The notes beneath the pieces were generated by a model. That model saw nothing but the letters and a program-made list of their open reading frames with translations, was not told the DNA's origin and ran no database searches. Made by a program: the position numbers and the translations under genes. Positions 61,821-64,000 of a DNA stretch of 64,000 nucleotides are shown here, one piece after another. The DNA is from Nitrospirota bacterium (GTDB lineage Bacteria; Nitrospirota; Nitrospiria; Nitrospirales; Nitrospiraceae), in contig CAVPBK010000006.1 in assembly GCA_963701855.1 (NCBI GenBank), positions 1,152,001 through 1,216,000 of the forward strand. Reading direction: 5' to 3'. The stretch's first letter is position 1, and every line of letters begins with the position of its first letter.

Positions 61821-63097
61821 ATGAGCGAATCCATGTTTCTTTGGAGAAGCACCAGTAGATTTCTTGCCGAGCATCCTCGCGAGGAAGGCTGGACGGTCTA
61901 TGAATTTGCCAGCGACACAGCGCGCAAGATGTATCTAAATTATTTATTGGATTGTCTTCGGGACTGGCACCCCGATGCGTTGAAACGCAGAGCGGCTCTC
62001 TCGTTCGTTGAAGAAGATGCATTGAGAAAGTCATTCAAGAAAGACAAGGTTTCCGATGAGGGCGTCGCGAAAAATTCTCCCGACGAGGTTGATTCCTTCG
62101 GCTGGAGAGGGAGCGTCGAGCTTGCGTGGACCGGACAGGACATTCACTGTTGGATGTTCTCGCTCGTCGTGAAGAACGGTTGTGCTGACGTGTACCTCGT
62201 TGCGACGAAGTCCCTCGCAGCCTTCCACGACTTCCTCCTCGTTCTCACCCGTTACGGCCAAACCAGGCATAAGGGGGAGGTGAAGGAAATTCTTGTCGTC
62301 AACGGCGAGAACATTCCGATTGCCATGAGCTCTTGGGACGATATCGCGCCGCCGTCTGACATGGCGAGGGATATCCGAATCAACGTGCAGGCTTTTTTTC
62401 AGAGCCAGGAGCGGTATCGACAATTGGGTATCCCTCACCGCCGAGGATTCGTATTTGCCGGGCCGCCTGGCTGCGGGAAAACGCTGATGCTCAAGACGCT
62501 GGCATACAACACGCCGGCAAAATTTATTAGCGTACTGGGGAAGGCAGATGTGGACGATGACATTATCGGCTACGCCTTGCACCTGGCCGAAAAATGTACG
62601 CCGGCGGTCGTCCTGCTGGAGGATCTTGACCGGATTGTGAAGGCCGAAGGTATTTCGCTGTCCCATTTGCTGAATCTGCTGGATGGGCTGAGAGTGTTGA
62701 ACGGGGTCTTGCTCATTGCGACGTGCAATGAGCCGGACAAGTTGAACCCGCGCTGATTCACCGGCCAAGCCGCTTCGACCGAGTGTGGAGATTTGAGCTG
62801 CCGAAATACGAGCAGCGACTCGCACTTCTGCACAAGCGGGGAGGAGTTTTCTTCTCCGAGGCGGCGCTGCAAGAGGCGGCGCGACGGTCCGAAGGGTTTT
62901 CGATGGCCTACGTCCAAGAGATTGTGGTGAGCGCACTTCTCGAATGCGCGCACGACGAGACCGTTCCTGGCGACGACTGTCTGTTCAAAAGCCTGGACAC
63001 GCTCCGCGTCCAGCGAAAATCGGCCTCGAAACCGGGCGAATCAATGGATGAACGAGAGAGCGTCGGATTTTGCCAGTCGAATAATGGGAAACCGTAG
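61821..63097 (+). pseudogene. AAA+ ATPase, frameshifted near 62749
   Basis: GPPGCGKT, LLEDLD, LLNLLDG, ATCNEPDKLNP / ALIHRPSRFDRVW split by one missing base; GGAGG RBS. Confidence 0.85.
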
Positions 63098-63223
63098 AAC
63101 CGAAGACTACGAACTGGAGAAAGAGCTGTCGCTTCGATGACCACACATCAGGCATGTGACCCCCCATATGGCTGCGGGGTGGTGGAACGGGACAGGCCTG
63201 CCAACCATTCGAGGACAATTTCC

Positions 63224-63655
63224 ATGAAGGATGCGCTCTTTCACTTGGCCTTTCCGATACACGATGTGGCGGCGGCGAAACGTTTCTATGTCGATGGACT
63301 TGGTTGTACGTTGGGTCGGGAGTCGAGCCACGCCGTCATGTTCGGACTCAAGGGGCATCAACTCGTGGCGCATTTGACGCCAGAACTGCCACCTTCTCAG
63401 CAGGGGATCTATCCGCGTCATTTCGGGTTGGTCCTGCCTTCTCAAGAGGCATGGCAAGCCTTGGCCGATCAGGCCAAAGCCAAGGAGCTGACGTTTTATC
63501 AGCAGCCGCGCGTGCGGTTCCCCGGAACCCGCATCGAACATCGCACATTTTTTCTCGAAGACCCCTCTCACAATCTGCTCGAATTCAAACACTACACGCA
63601 TGAATCGGCCATTTTCGGCGAGCGAGACTATTGTGAGGTCGGCGACTCGTTGTAA
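63224..63655 (+). CDS. VOC/glyoxalase family protein
   Basis: [40 protein letters not shown]. Confidence 0.92.
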   Translation: MKDALFHLAFPIHDVAAAKRFYVDGLGCTLGRESSHAVMFGLKGHQLVAHLTPELPPSQQGIYPRHFGLVLPSQEAWQALADQAKAKELTFYQQPRVRFPGTRIEHRTFFLEDPSHNLLEFKHYTHESAIFGERDYCEVGDSL

Positions 63656-64000
63656 TCTCCCGCCTGTCCCTGGCCTGTGGGCTCTGCCGAATGTTGGTCT
63701 GGTTCTGAGTGCTGGCTCTGACTTTGGCTCTGGTTCTAGCTGGGGAGATTGAGAAGATCCCCGAGTAATCCGTTTGAAGATACCATTGTGGCGTCGAGCC
63801 AAAAAGGTTGTTTTTCGAATCGGGTCGTATCGACGCGGCGACGGCAAAATGGCCGCCAGCCAGGCTGCCTCGTCGGCCGTCAGGTCGTGCGAGGATTTTT
63901 TGAAGTGGTGACGGGCCGCTGCCTCAGCGCCATAGACGCCCTGCCCCCATTCAGCGACATTGAGATACAGCTCGAGAATACGCTCCTTCGTGAGATGCTG
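63628..64000 (-). CDS. mtgA: Monofunctional peptidoglycan transglycosylase (5' end outside window; 3' end uncertain because of an apparent frameshift near 63707)
   Basis: Manual translation [31 protein letters not shown]...[12 protein letters not shown] (GT51 motifs). Confidence 0.85.

Overview
Bacterial chromosomal window, most likely Nitrospira; this is inferred from gene content, small PilZ/Zn-finger families and intergenic repeat elements, not from a marker gene. The centrepiece (about 24.8-54.1 kb) is a ~30 kb locus. It holds a divergent DUF3467-like gene, TolC, two HlyD-type adaptors and a PqqD-like/M50 site-2-protease/HlyD fusion, with no ABC ATPase. Next comes a sigma54-promoted 5843-aa giant surface protein: LExR leader, DUF4347, beta-helix, 5x435-bp and 31x354-bp near-identical Ig/cadherin-like repeats, Pro-rich linker and C-terminal membrane anchor. 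Its stop codon overlaps the start of a membrane histidine kinase, followed by a REC protein, a REC-GGDEF cyclase and a PilZ protein. Together these suggest a membrane-tethered adhesin wired to c-di-GMP signalling. Elsewhere: a decayed AT-rich three-gene MBL-hydrolase cassette (possible defence system), a complete IS3-family element with a 3-bp target duplication inside a BcsS-like beta-barrel pseudogene, three small MITE-like elements, and a chimeric iaaA/WYL junction followed by a frameshifted AAA ATPase. Housekeeping genes include leuCD, corA, xth, murJ, ogt, dtd, lemA/TPM and mtgA. No rRNA, tRNA or CRISPR array was recognised.
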